A DNA stretch of 63,740 nt, the filler included, from Folioceros fuciformis (Eukaryota), in the NCBI GenBank assembly GCA_049999805.1. It is 7 parts of 7 records of this genome, joined end to end, with 100 filler letters (N's around TTAATTAATTAA, not from the genome) between each part and the next. Parts side by side here need not be neighbours in the genome. Positions count along the whole stretch, not along the records: positions 16,580 to 42,363 come from JBNGIO010001917.1; 6 more parts are not named here. One strand, written 5' to 3'. The stretch's first letter is position 1; each line of letters opens with the position of its first letter. Shown piece by piece: positions 24,068 through 40,790 of the stretch. The translations under genes were made by a program, and so were the position numbers. The notes under the pieces were generated by a model. The model did not search any database. It saw nothing but the letters and a program-made list of their open reading frames with translations, and was not told the DNA's origin.

Positions 24068-27000
24068 ATGGAATTTATCGTTCCCAATGGCAAGCGTCAT
24101 GCAAACGCGGTGCAGAATGGGTGCAAGCTGTCCTTCTACCAAGAATCACCTCACACAGAAGTGTCGTTGGAAAACTTTGAGAAATTCGCCATGGATCGTT
24201 TGAGAGGTCCCTTGTCACGGCATTTTCCTCTTTCCCTTTCGCCGGATGCGGCTTCCACTCCTCAGGAACACTGACTTGTCAGTCTCTACTTGGTTTCAGT
24301 CTTGAAGGGAATTGAAGCAGCCAGGTCGCGGGGCAAAAGAATGAACGAGGTGGATGCGTTGGTGAGGCCTCAGCTCGCGGCTTTGCATGAAGGCTTTGTG
24401 TACTGGATCTTGCTCATGACAGCCTTGTATTGTGCACGGCAGGTGCAGGAGCTATGGAGGAAGTACATGCGGAAGAATGTAGCAGATGCGCAGCTGAAGG
24501 ACGCCGTCTCGCATTTTGTGCTGCGATTGGTGTACTGTCGAACGTATGTTTTGCCCGTTGCTGCCGAGTGTTTGTTTGGAATTTCTGGGGGGTTTGGTGC
24601 CTGGAGATGAGAAGTCGTCTTTGTGCTTCTTTCGTTAGGGATGCGCTGAGAAGATGGTTCCTGGCTATGGAGAGTGCGTTGTTTCGACATCGATTTCGTG
24701 CAGAGACCCCTGAAATGCAGGTTAAATGAGCGGTTATTCACCTTGGTTCTCAGGGAGCGGCGCATTCTCCTTACCTCTATGGCGTCTGGTCACTGCAGAG
24801 AAGGTTTTTGCTTGAAAACAAGCTTCCTTACAAGGCAATCACGGCTAGCGAGCTGGAGGTAACCACTTTGCCGATGTTGTTGGTGTGCAAGAGCTTTCGG
24901 GAACAAACTAATCTTCTTGTCGTCTCTAAGGTACCCTGAGGCGTCACTTTAAGGTTTTTGCCGGTAACGTCTTACACGCTTTTCTGCAGGCGGTGGAAAC
25001 CCAGCTATCCATGACAGCTAGGTCTACACACCAGGTGGTGCCTAAAGGTGAGCTCGTTTTTGTTGTACGCCATTGGTCTTTGCTTACCATGTTGGAGGCA
25101 CTATAGCTGGTGAATTAACTATTGTTTTCAACGTCCCTTTCGATTGTCTTGATCGTAACAGTTGACAGGGTTTACTACAAGGTCCGTGTGACTCATTCTG
25201 AAATGGCATGACTTCTTGCTTCTAACAGCTCAGTACCGCTGGTCCCATAATCCTGACTGTCACCCTGTCTTTGATCTCTCCAGGTCGTGTTTGAGGAAGT
25301 TCCTGAGCTTGTTGCTAATCGGAAGGTCTTCTTAGAAAAAGGCTTTGCATATGTTCCAAGAGAACAGGTGATTACATGGAGCCTGGTCCTCGAAATTGTT
25401 GACAGCTAGGCCTGACATATGTCTAACAAATTTGTGAGGTTCTCTTCAGCTTGCCGTTATCGTTGTTGGCCAGTTCCGCATGAGATTGTCAAAAGCACTT
25501 GTCCTCACAAACAGGTAGGACATGCTGCCGTCCCTCGAGTAAGTGGGGCTGGCGAGCCCTGTCATAATCGGGTGTAAGTGGAAATTTACTGTACTGCAGG
25601 AATTGGATGGCCACTATCTGTGATGAAGAAAAGGATCGGCTGACTCCGGTAGGTGTGGCCACTCACATGTTTGAAGATGTGAAGAAAGGGTTTTTGCTTA
25701 GTTGGGTACCGCCTCCAACTCCCCTGACTAGCAATGACTGACATTGTGTCTTAGATTGTGGAGGCCCTGAGTATGCGCTATTTGGGTGCGGACTATTCTC
25801 AGGTATAACTGTCGTGACGTCATACTCCACAAGTATTTCCTCTGATTGTCAGCCAGTTTCTCCACTGTTTAGGGACTGAGGTGAATGAAGATCTGTTTTG
25901 ATGCATGCAGCCCAAATCGAAAGATGAAATTGCTCTGCAGGATTTGGATTGTCTGGCTCAGACATCTTTTCCGTTGTGTATGCGGCATCTCTATCGCAAA
26001 GTAACAGCAACGCACAGACTCAATGGGTTTTGGTCCTGATGTTTCTGAATTTTGTTGAATGCTTGATTTGTATGGTTGCTCCTGCATTCAGGTTAAGGAA
26101 GATCACCATCTAAGGCATGGTGGCAGGCAACAGCTTGGATTGTTCTTGAAGGTACCCTAGAAGTGGAAAGATTCGAAGTGTTTGCGTTTGGTTAGCAACT
26201 TATGTGTATCTGGCACTACAACGGCACAAACTCCTTACGTGCTAAATCTCCGTTGTGATCCGTTTTATCATAACGACAGGGCGCTGGGCTCAAGCTTGAA
26301 GATGCTCTCACATTCTGGAGAACTGAGTTCTCTCAAAAGGTAGGTCCCAACTCCTGTCTACCTTTTCGTGATGTAATACTCTGTCTGACTGGAAGAGCTA
26401 CCAGATGGGAGTAGAGCGGTTTGACAAGGAGTACGCATACAATGTCCGACACAACTACGGGAAAGAAGGAAAGCGGACAGTAAGTTGCCATATTAACCGG
26501 TGCTTGCAATAATTTGTGTAACATTACAACATGTCATAGGTCGATAACAAAAAAAAGTAGGATACTGCGTAACTCCTCATATTATGTACAGGATTATACA
26601 CCCTACTCGTGTATGAAGCTCATCATGTCAACCCCTGGGGTTGGAGATCAGCATGGATGTCCGTACAGGCATTTCAGGTAGCTTCTGATCCTATTCCCAC
26701 TGCTAAAGTGGCTGTTTGTAGCTGAGTATGCCTCTTATTTCGTTGCCGTAAGTGAGGAGAACTTGCGAGCTGCACTTGGAGGTATGAACCTGAACAGTAG
26801 GGCAATGGACGATGTCATTTACAAAGTTCGCGGCCGTCACTATCAAGTACTTATCTCTAACCTCCTGGTGCCGGTTTCTGCCCTATTCAGTTCACTTTTC
26901 TAACTGAAAGGTATCTCATTTCAGCTAGCATGTGCCGCCACATTCGAGGGGGTGCATGGGTGTGCGTGTGATGCTGTGAACCATCCCAACCAGTACTTCG

Positions 27001-27171
27001 AGCAGAGCCGGAAGACGTTGCGGCCTCCGGTATTTGACAGCCGTCACAGTCCTACAACTTAGCATTTGGAGTCTCTGACTGCGAGTCTCCTTATCTTACT
27101 AACGTCGACGTTTGCAGACATCAGCTTCTGGAGACGAGGCTGCCAGTCATGCATCACGGACAAACCGGTAG
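24068..27171 (+). CDS. PRI2: DNA primase large subunit, ~19 exons
   Basis: Manual splicing gives [83 protein letters not shown] and NHPNQYF. Four [4Fe-4S] cysteines present; includes a 20-nt microexon. Confidence 0.96.
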
Positions 27172-27454
27172 TCTGATCAGTAATGGGAGCAGAGGGGCAG
27201 TGCCCCGAGCCGCACCCTTGTTAGTAATATGGTTGTATACTTGTAGCTGTTAAGATCTGAGCTAGCTAGCTCCAATCTCGGTAAGGATTCCTGGCAGGTC
27301 TTCGGATTTTGTGCTGGATAGACGATTGTAACTCTGCCTGATTTTAAATGGAATCGTCTTGCACAGAGTAAAGCCAATTCCCTTCCTCCCCATTTCGGAC
27401 CCCTCGTGCCCACATCTTCCGTTGGCAAACCGGTGACTTCTAAGGCAGCGCACG

Positions 27455-29501
<2,047 letters not shown>

Positions 29502-30960
29502 TCCCGAAGCTCTTTCAATTGCAGGGACATCATCCCAATAGTTTCAATCTGTTCCACAAAAACTGATAAATTAACTAACTTTCCGAAACGATCCATCGTC
29601 AACAGTATCTGAACGTAGTGGATACTTTCTAGATGGCAAGCCTTATTCATCAAGACGTTTGGCTGGCAACAGGAACAGATGGTCGGACCAGGACAAGAAA
29701 TTATTCATTGGCAGCTTCCACTTTTCGAGGCGCAGTAACGTGCAATGCGTCAACAATCACGTATATTTCTACGAAAATTCCTGCAACGAAGAAGACAATA
29801 ATGTCACTAACATGAATTGGTAGGGGCGGAGCTGAAGCTGGAAATTCATGCTAGCATTTACAACATCACAAAAAATGCACACTATCACAACCAACGATAA
29901 TTTTACCCTACACAGCCTCCCTAGATGTTGGTAATCCAAGGGAGTTAACACCTCAAGGCTTCAACATCAACGTATGGAAGTGTCACAGACTGTGGTTGCT
30001 CTCCAACCATGCCAGATACACTAAAGGCGTACCAATGCTCACATGAAGTTTCCGCCCAGCAAATAAAACTTACCAGTTCCAATCTCCACTTTGTTTGGGT
30101 GTCCATGCTGATGGAAGCGTACATACAATGTTTTTTGGCCACAGACTGCTCAAATGACAAATGCGTCTTGCAACCTGGCAGTCAAGGATATGAATTTCAG
30201 GTTGTCATCAACCAACCCATGTGTAGGAACAGAGAGTCTGTGAGGGAGCGGAGAACCCAAACGGCATGAATGTGACAAAGCAGGCAGACTGAGCATTGAG
30301 CGGAGGTCACACTAAAGCAGCAGACCCGCTGTGATTTCTGAACAATGGAATAAAAACGGTGGTCAATAGATGCTCGTCATCTGCAGCTGCTCAGCTAGCG
30401 AAGGTCACAACCATGATAGATCTTGTAGGTTCTTCACACTGGGACTGTGCTTCCATCATGCATACTTAACACCCAGATTAGGAGGCAAATCATACAAAGA
30501 TGCCCTTGCGCTCAAAGGTGCCCCTGCCGCAAAACATGTGCCTGCTGCAGACTTTTCCCAAGAGAGTCGAAAGTTCCGTCTGGGCGTATCCTTAGCCTTA
30601 TCATATGCCCATAGTAGCGTAAGCTGGTGATTAAGATGGGACAAATGAAGGTCCCCACCCCTACCGTCTATACTCCCCCCTTCTGCCAGTGGGAGGAGGT
30701 GGAAGAGGCCATGATGGATGAGGGCCATTCCTCCCTACACCACCACCACCACCAACTTGGTAAGGGACGCGAATTGACAGATGTGGGGAGCCAATTCCCA
30801 GAATGTCCACACCATTATGGACACGAGGAAAAGCATAAAGCACGCACACGACATTCATGATTCCATTCAAACGCAGAACAGACACACACACAACACGGAC
30901 ATCATGACACAACTTCAGGAATATCCAAATCCAAATACAAAACTGTCCAGCTATCAGAAC

Positions 30961-33900
30961 TTAGAAGATGCCTGATGGAGGAGAATTGCTGGGGAGGCCT
31001 TGCGGAGAGTGAATCCCATTTGCCACGGACAGACCTGCTGCTGGGTAGCCCTGAGAACAATATACTAACGAGTGCCCGGGACTTCCTAGGAACACGTTGT
31101 CTGAAAGAACACTGCGTCCATCTCCAAAATGATGCGGGTTCTCTGGTGAAACTGGGATCTGTACTGCAACCTGGTGTGGTCTATGTTGCCCCAATCTGCT
31201 GGGAGAACTCTGCTGCTTGGGCATGTTTCGACCAAACCCTGACTGCATGCCATGCTGCAAAGGTAGGCTGCTGTCCATGCTTAATGGCATAACCTGATGC
31301 AATGAACTGGATCTACAAAACATCAAAACACATATACATTGTATTGGTTCTCAAATAGCACACTGAATGAGATGTGTAGTTTCGGCAAACCTAACAATAA
31401 TTGCATGCAATTACAAACCTTGGAATATTGTTTGTCCCACCAAGAGCTCCTTGCTGATAGACATGCCCATTCATCAAAAACTGGGCACCTGGGGAGCCAT
31501 CTGGGGGTCTCACTGAGAGCAGATGCTGCTCTGCTTTCCCAGCTGGAGCGAACATGGGATCTGGTTGCACCAGTAACCTTTGCAATGCAGGCCAGTACAT
31601 CTCCGCACTTACACGCCCAGGGCCAGGACCAGGAAACAACCCTGGACCTGGTCCGAGCCGCGCTCCTCCACTTCCCATTACTCCAGATAAACTGAATCCT
31701 GAAGAAGTAGTGCAACCATCTGCCGACTCACTCAAAAGGAGTTCATCACTGTGCAAGGGAGACCAAACAGTATTAGGACTTGGCATTCGGTTGCACAAAC
31801 CTGAACAATGAAATGCCTGTTTTCTCAAACATTTTCATCATGCGTCCGACGGGAATAGACAACTACCTGTAATCTGGCTCCCAGTCCCCAGGATCTGGTG
31901 GAGGTGACGTATCTTCCCCACCCTCAGATCCTCGATCAGGAGAAGCAAGTAATGAGCCTAACGTTCCTGGAGCATAAGAAGAATTTGATTGAGGGGGATG
32001 CAGGGCACCAGGGTTGGACAAATGCCCCACACCTCTATTGTACCTCCGTGGAGGAGCATACGAACAGTTCTGTGCTGGCGATCCTCGATAATGACTCCCA
32101 GATCGTGCCCCAACATCCGAACAACTACAAGGTCCGGATTCAGAAGGTCCACTTCCATTGCCTTGCTGCCGCTGTCGGTAATCTTGGCCAGAATTTTGAC
32201 TAGACGAAGAACTTCTCAACATGTGAAACTGCTTTCCAACTCCTTTGCCCTTGCCTAGGGAACTAGTTCCTGCATTCGACCGTGCTGGTGACGTTGGACC
32301 GTACCTACCAGGAGAGATATGTGATGGAGAAGCAGGAGAGCCCAGTTGAGAAGCAGGGGGGGTGAATGGCTGCGAGGGGCTGGCCCCTAGTGACATGGGC
32401 CTGAAGCCACTCCCTGAGTTGGCACTAAACCCCAATTGAGAATGTCCAAATAGAGGAATCCCAGAAACGGAACCTGGACCCGTTCTCCCCCATGCATCAG
32501 GACTCGTTCCAAGGAATGTGCTTCCAGATTCTGCAGGTATAACCGCAACTGGAGGAGTAGGATAATTTGGAAATATGCCTGACTTGTCACTCAAGCTTCC
32601 GTAGCTACTTCCTGGTGCACCATGATCATAGCTCCCATAACTACCACCACTGCCAAAGCTGCTTGCATGGGAGAGTGATGCTTGATAGCGCGGACTGGCA
32701 AACTGGGGTCCAGCATTCAGAAGCTGCAGCTGCACATGACAGCGACACGTGCAACATGAGAAGATGTCATCCCTGTAGTGCAGAGAAGCTATTCAATGTA
32801 AAAGCTCCAGAAACATGTTTGAGTTGACCATCCAACAGATAAGTGAGCTGCAAAAGCTCTAAAAATTAGAGACTCGCACTCGCAGCCAAATCAGACATCA
32901 GTGCTCATACTGAGAGGACATTCCCTCCACATCAGTCTCATACCTGAGGAGAAAGGCCCATGCCCAACCAATGTCCCGCAACTGGATTATGGTCCACTGA
33001 AAGGCCATGTGCAACTGGCTGCAAAACAGACAACTCATTAAGATGTAGATGGACAGTGACTAAACTTGACTCCAAATGCATTCCAAAACCTTGATGACAT
33101 TAAGTGAGTCATTAATATTTAGCCTGTCACTGGAGTACCGTTCGTCGTGTCTCTGGCAAAGGTGTGAACTTGGCAGACCATGGTTCCCCCGTGAGGAAAG
33201 GATGTTGCAAAGCCTGAACCAGAAGCACAATAACTGTTATCAGTCCACTAAAGGCCAGGGGAGGAGATTCTACTCAGCACATATAATAATTAGTGCTTCC
33301 TCTTCGTGAGAGTCACAGACACTGGAAGGAAAAGACCCACTGAAGGTGACATACCTGTCGAGGAGTCCACCGCTTAACAGGATCAAATTCGAGCAGCCCT
33401 TTAAGAAAGTCAACAAGAGAACACCGCATCTGTGTTTCTGCGGATAAAACAGAGACCACTTCAGACCTACATGTTGGAATCAAACCTTTATGGTGTGGAC
33501 GAATTGTATAACGAAATGATCATGAGTAGGGATCAATCTGCCCAACCAGTTGTGATCTCTTCAGGTGTCATCCCTTTTCTAAGGGGATACTGCACGACCA
33601 TCTGCTCCAGGCCTAACTGTTGAAAGTACCACTTCCGTGAGCCTAATTTTTTTTTCTCTCGCTGTCAATGCGATAGTTAGTGATGTGACCATTGAAGCAC
33701 GATGTTCGGCAACTAGGAATTCAAATCTGTTGCTACAAACAGGAAAGGAAAACTTGAAGAATCTTACCGATTCATATTCAGACTCACTGAGAAATTGGAA
33801 TGCAGAAGGAGATGGACCCTCGGGACAACTGGCATGCTTGAAAAACTTGGACGTGTGTTTGGCACTTCTAAGAAGGTGATCGGGCGGATTGCAGCTTCCA

Positions 33901-36900
33901 GATCAGAAGCAACCAAACAAAACAACTTAACCGTCAGTGGCCACACCTCTGGTTTCCTTCCTGAACTCCCAACTGACTGCTAATTCGAATGCTCACCCAA
34001 GAATCTCTGTCATCCGGTGAAGCACGTCATGCTCTGATGATCCTGGAAACAAAGGCAAGCCCAAAAAAAGCTCTGCCACAATGCACCCTAAAGACCACAT
34101 ATCAATAGCAGTTGTGTAGCTGACATTAGGTCAAGGAATCCTATTTCTTGGTCAACTTGGTGCCATAACTTTGCTGATGCAGGTAGAAAGGAACATGAAT
34201 GGAGGTAACCCAGAATAACACAGGTTTCGAAGGGCAGTGACTTGAAGATTGGCACAAACAACCACCTAGGTCTGCTCACAAAGCATAATGTAATCTTCTG
34301 ATATACTCTTTTGATATGCTTCATCAACATTGAAACATCACATGAAAGAGATAAAGTTTCCAGGTGAGTGGCTTGGAGATAGCAAGAACCACCACTAAAG
34401 TCAACAATGGCAAACAAGAGAATACCAAAATGCACTTTATGCACACAGATGCTCAATGCTGGCTGACGCAAATTCTCACTGCCTTGGTCTGGAAGTTCAG
34501 TGGAAGTGAAGATGGAAACCCGCACTAAACTGACGTAGCATGAAAAAGAAAGATAAATGATGTAGGATACGGAAGCCCTAGGAGAACTTCAGGAGAGCGG
34601 TAAAAACGACTCTGTCAAAGAACACACGGACTTACGTCAGTTAAAACGAACTACCACAAGTTATTGGACGTATGACATGCTACAGAATGCACACTGACAT
34701 TTGGGCGACCTCGGTTGTAGTAAGCGGTCCATCTCACTCATACCTGAATGTAGGAGTACACAGTCCGATCTTCTTTACAGGCTGAGCCAAAGTCAATCAG
34801 TTTCACCTCTGCTGCATGTAAACTGCCACTTGGTGCCAGCGAAACAAGTATTCAGTGAAGTGCTTATGACCACAATACCCTACTCAGAAAAACGGACTGC
34901 TGATCAGCTACCAGAGCTCGTCAGCTACCAAGCAGAAGAAGGGCAAGAAACAGTTAGATAGATGAGTGCACCTTCTTGAAAGCAGAATATTTTCAGGTTT
35001 CAAATCACAATGTATCACACTCGCATCTTGGAGGACAGTCAGAGCATCAAGAATCTGCATTTAACAATAAGTGATGCTGGGGATGCTCTGCTAGCACAGG
35101 AAGGATACATCGGTATCTCAAAATAAAGGAGACCATGTATGACAGCTGAAGACAGTACCTGCCTTGTGAAGGTTCGCAAAAGATTGAGGGGGATCCCTCT
35201 AAAGTAATTGTGCTTTAGGAGCTCAAACCTATTGACGACAACAGCAGAAAGCAAGCGATGAGCAAAACAGCAAGAGAAAACAGTGTGCGAACTTCGATAA
35301 ACCTTCATCATCAGAACTTACAAATTGACAGTGAGAAGCTCGAACACAAGGCACAGGTGTCCTTCAAACGAAAAATGGTCAAAGATTCGCACAATGTGGT
35401 GCTGGTCACCAGGATCAAAGCGATTGAGCTGGCAGTAGAAACACAGAACACACGAGGAGACTTCAAGAAATCACCCGTCACAGGGTCAACGTTGACAACC
35501 CTCATAAGAGGGCATACCAGAGTTAAACAGCCTCCGCGTCCAGGCTTGACACTGGGCTTGAGTCAGTTAAGCGCTGGGTGTGAGCAACGATCTCTTCCTT
35601 TATTCAATCAAATCTTGCAATCTCACCTAAAAACAATACCAACAGAGGTGGAAACAAAAGCACTGCGCCTCAAGATACCATGGTGCAGATGCCGATCTCA
35701 ACACGAGCTTGATTAGAGTACGCCTGCTGATTCTTGATAACTTTGACAGCAACATATCCCTGGTAATCATCTGACCAGCATTTTGCAACTTGGCCGAAAG
35801 AGCCCTGTCCAAGCATGTCTTTGACAACATACCTGCAACACATGAAGTAGTGCCCACCCACAAGTGAGACTGACTTGCTGCTCCCCAAACCCCCGGGCAC
35901 ACAAGGTGAGCTATAGTGAAAACCGGTCAGGGTGCTCTTCTCCTACCCAGAACTAGATTTGAACCAGCAATTACAAGAGAACACGACCTAGAATCCACAA
36001 CCACCTGCGGTTGGCGTCTGCGTTGATGAGAACACCATTGACAGCCAGAATTAGCTCCGAGTTGCAATTATCTAGGCCATTGTTTCCCATCGGTACACAG
36101 GGATTAGTCAGATAACGCTTCGGATTGAATGTCTCAGAATACGTGAAACCTGGGTTGCATTTTTGGAACGTCATGATAATATCCCTAGTCAGCCTGATAA
36201 CCAGCTGTCACACGGTAAAAAGAGAAAGCAGTCAGAGCAACTTGCATTGCTGCACTGGAAAAAGAGGTTGCGGGTGTGGAGCGAGGCCATTGAGAGCAGA
36301 AACAGTAAGAGGTTTAGTGGCAACAGAAGTTGAAGGTGTCCATATATGCAGAGAAAACCCTAAGGGGATGAGACCGAGAACAGCGCAAGGAGAAGAAAGC
36401 TCATAGCTTTACGAGAGGCAGGGGCTAAAGCAATATGGGCGAGCCCTTTACATACTTCCCAAGCTATACCGAGAAAACAGCAAAACAGCAAGGGCTCCTC
36501 CCAGATGTATGACATAATTGATGTGTGAGATACTTTAAGGGTTGCCACTTAGTCGTCAAATTCTATGCATCCAGCCACCCAGATTATACAGAGGCAACCT
36601 TGGTAGGCGAAGCCGTGCATCTAGAGTCAGGGAAAGGAATGGAGAGTGATGAATTCCACCCAACACGCCCACAGGCAAGCAGCAGGTGAGGGAAAGAAAC
36701 ATACAGCTGGAGCCTGACTCCCGAACGATACTCCCCCTCGGAAGCCCGAACCACGGCGGGCTTGGAAGCGGCTCCGGGGCCTGGGGGAGTACAATTTAAA
36801 CGCGAGAGGCCTGGGACACCACTGCGATGGCATAAGATCCATTCCAGGAGCAGCTGCCGCTGCGCTCTCCTCCTCCGGGAGGGAGGCGCCAACATCGATG

Positions 36901-36941
36901 CTGCCGCCGGGGGCCCAAATCCCCGAATCCATACTTCCCAT
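30961..36941 (-). CDS. YAK1: YAK1 dual-specificity (DYRK) protein kinase, multi-exon; 3' end approximate
   Basis: [84 protein letters not shown] and [12 protein letters not shown] motifs. Confidence 0.93.
34120..34570 (-). other. U12-type (minor spliceosome) GT-AG intron in YAK1
   Basis: 5' site GTATCCT, branch point TTCCTTGAC (34138-34130) ~10 nt from the AG, no polypyrimidine tract. Removal joins [13 protein letters not shown] in frame. Confidence 0.85.
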
Positions 36942-38087
36942 TGGCGGTCTGGCAGGCGGTGGTGGGCAGCAGCAGAACCTGAAGCCTGGGACGACGTAAT
37001 ACGAGGCTGATAGTCGCTAGGCCTGCGGAGCGGCCTGTCCATCCACCCCACCACCAATTCTTCTACACCCACCACAAGAGGAGGCTGGGAGATTGCAACA
37101 TCCGGTGGGCGTGCCCACGATCCTTCCCAATTTGCCTGCTTCCCCCGAGCCAGGCCACCCCGTTTGCGACAACCACTCCAGAGCCAACACCCCTCGCCCA
37201 CGCCCTCCCCTTGCCTCGCCTCGTTTCCCGCGCCATGAAAGGCACCCAGCTGGGTTGGGTTGTGGGCACCCAGCTCCTCGCCACACAGATGTTGGGTGCT
37301 GTGCTCCGTGCCACGCGCTAAGCTAAGCTAAGCTACACTTTCTACGCTGTGCTCCCGGAGCGCCGTGCTCCGGCGGATTGGAATTGGGATTGAGTGTGGG
37401 CATTGGAGCGCGTGCCTCCTACCTACCCCTCCTTCGTCCCCCGCTCCCGCACAAAGAGCAGCCCAGCGACCTCATCACTGCCGCTTCCACACGCAATCTC
37501 TCTTCTCTGCCGCTCCGGCGCTCCTCCCATCGGGAACAGCCCTAACGAATCAAAGGGGAAAGAGAAGAACAGGGACAGCAGCAGCGACCTTCTCCATCGC
37601 CACAGCCCGTGCCTGGGCTGGAGTCCGAAAGCGAGTGCTGGAGCAAACAGGCGCAGGAGCAGGGAGAGAGACGGGGACAAACCAAAGTTCAACAACTCGC
37701 CCTTGAGCTACACTAGTGCTTCTAGTGAGCTGTGGTACTGCCCCCGATGTTGACGGAAGGAAAGCCATGCCTGCCTCGCCTCTACCACCTCCTCCCGGGC
37801 TATACATGTCTCGTTTTCCATTTTTTCTCCCCTCTAAACACGTCTTCTACAATCTCCATCTACCTATAGCATCTCACCTAGACTACGCCCAAAAATAAAA
37901 TGTCCTTGCTAATTGACCGCCCGATGAACTGCCATTGCTACCGGACCCGCCACCTAGGTACATATCTACGTATGTAAGTATCGTCACGTATGTCCCTATG
38001 ATACGGAGTAAGTCCGGACCATATATTTTAGGTGCTATGGGTAATAATTAGGTTCTCTTGCTTTTGGCTAAGCCCAACATGGGGGCA

Positions 38088-38895
38088 GGGTGTCATTTTA
38101 ACTCCGACCCAAGTTGGATCCCGTCAATCTCGGTCCTCTACCGTACGTGTTAAAAACAAGGAATAGAGGTTCTTAAGGAGTATGGTCCCAACTCTCAATC
38201 CTTTATTTCTTTCAAGGACAGATGGTTTCATTAAAAATTAATAAATCATAGAATTTATGATTGAGAGTTGAATTTATGACTGAATTTATGATTTATCTTT
38301 GAGAGAAGAGTGCATTGGAGGACCATGCGACGAATACATATCATTTAGCATCATTGAAGATGGAGCAAGCCCAAGCCAAGGCTCAACAACCAACCATGCA
38401 ACCAACTTTGGAGATGCCTTTTTCCAAAAAGGATAAAGAGATTCTCAACTTGTTGAAGTTCACCTATTTTATTGCTAAGAAAGATTTGAGTTTGCATATG
38501 AATGAGGACCTTTGTGAGTTCATAAGGGATATTGGAGTGGAAGGCATTTTAGAGGTGAAGACATATGGTTCAAATCTTATATATAGTCCTTACAAGGAGC
38601 ATGTAGTTCTCATAGCCAATTTTTTACGCGAACAACAAAAGGAGAGGTTTGCTTACAAGTCCATGATATGGGATACTCGTAGATAAGGGGATAGATGGTG
38701 CAACACATAAATATTTATGTGTATTATTTGCATAATTTGACGGTACAAATAGAGTTTTTAAAGCTAGCCAACATAACAAGTGCACGTGTGAAAAGCATCT
38801 TCAACACCTTTGTTGAGCAATTGCAACTCTTTGTTATGGACAAAAAAATGAGTGGATTTGCAAGCAATGGAGTATCAATCATGATGGGCAAAGGT
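38088..38895 (+). mobile_element. hAT transposase fragment (DUF4371/ZNF862-like), degraded
   Basis: YFIAKKDLSL, IYVYYL..EFLKLANI..A.SIF and GFASNGVSIMMGK motifs. A CAGGGTGTC start at ~38088 resembles a hAT terminus. Confidence 0.7.
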
Positions 38896-40690
38896 GAAGG
38901 CCAAGAAGATTACAATGTTCAAGTAGGTCACGGTGCAAGTAATGAATGAAAAAAGGATAACCATCTCTAACAACGGAGTGTTAAACAATATAATATGGTA
39001 TGGGTCGGAATATGGTACAAAGGTTAATATACTCAGAAGGGTTGGTTTCATGGACACTAAATCACCCGTTTTGCCTTTTTGTTTGTGATCCCCACCTAAA
39101 TCATGGTTACTCTTCAGTTTCAAGTCCCACCACATAAGATCATACCTCACAATCATGTACGAAGAACTTTGCACATCAGCAAATTACAGCTAAACAACAC
39201 CTATCATCCTTCCTATCGGTAAGTCATTCCAAAATAACCCTTTTTCTCAAATAAGGAGTACACAGGTATTGTTTAGTTCCAGAGGATGGTTGCCCAAATC
39301 GTGTGAAGTCAGGTGAACCATGGTCTCTAGAAAATGGAGTACCAAGGAGGGCTTTGACATGCTGGCGCCTTACTAGATGTAAGCGTCAATCCTATTGTCC
39401 AACTCTTACTTTCAAGTCAACAGTTATGTTCTAATCAGGCACAACATTAACGCGTACTCACTTCCTAAGCCGTTTAGGGAATTCCTTTTAGCTAATAGTC
39501 ATGGTCAGGCATCAAAATTTAAAGTTATGAGGTAAACTCATACATGCATTCAACCATCATCTATCTTAGTCATGATAAATACATCTATCTGAAGGATTTT
39601 GTCTTTTTCCATTATCTGATTATACTCCACTCAAAAACCCAAAAAAAGCTATGATCAACACACAAAGTTCTCTATATGCGTTCCTCTACAACCTATGATC
39701 ACGCTGCTCTTTATATCCAAAAGCTTCGGCGGCGGGTAGGGGGGTTGCATCCATAAGGGGGTGGTACATTAACATTGAAAGATCTGCTTTATGGCCTAAC
39801 AAGGCACTATAAGTGTCCTTCATTCAAACGTCGGTGTCATTGTGTGGACTGACCCTCTAGACCAAAGGATCACCAAGAGGTCCACATTAACCCTCTTATC
39901 GTTGCAATCATGAGGTTCGTTCCTAAGGGAGTGATCTCATGCCAAGGAAGTCAAACTAAGCTATCCTAACGTGCTAACCTAATCCTATCTATCAGCCCCT
40001 ACCCAACCTAACATGGGTTGCAGGGGTTAAGTCTACTTTCTAACCCTAGTCCTAGTGCATGCAAAATCTACTACAGCCATAGAAAAATAAAACTTTAGAG
40101 CACCCTCTATCACCCTTTAGGTTCAACCCTACCAAGTTCCAACTTCAAGTTTCAGCTTTCACCCTCCACGTTTCAACTCCAATCCTTCATGTTCTTGTCC
40201 CAATGGTTAGCTGCAGTCTTCCAAGCTTCAGCCCAATTCTCAGCGTACTTCACATTCCAACTCTCTCCAACACCCTCCTTTCAAACTTTCAACTCCTAGA
40301 ATTAGTAACACAGCAATTTTCCCACCTGCAGCTGTAGGGCTGAGATGTGGGGCCCTTGGCGCTGGCTATCCTCCTTGGCTCACAGCCCTTCAACCCCTAC
40401 CTTGGAAACCCATGCAAGGACGTCGAGGCACCTCAGCCAGCATACATGAAGGGTCATTAGCGGCAAATCTGGCCACACAGATCTTGGCAATCCAAGGATC
40501 CACCACGTCCCCCTTAGTGGCAATGGGATCAAGCCCAAACAACACACTCACACCGGATCAGCGTCTCAATCCAGCAGCTTACACACAAGGGCAAGGGAAT
40601 CACACCAAAGACTGCCCCTCCTAAATGGTAGGGTTGGCCCCCTTATACTATCTTGGCCAAGAACTACCCATCACTACCTATCAGTCCCAA
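38896..40690. mobile_element. Non-coding insertion truncating the hAT transposase, possibly LTR-derived
   Basis: The hAT frame stops abruptly and is followed by ~1.8 kb without coding signal, with ttcaac-rich low complexity. Termini not identified. Confidence 0.3.
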
Positions 40691-40790
40691 CACCTTACTG
40701 ATACATGATCTAAGATAGCTTACAGATTTGTACAGAATGCTTCTTACAGTTTCTATGTACATGTTTGGACTGTATATAGCGAGGATTCCC

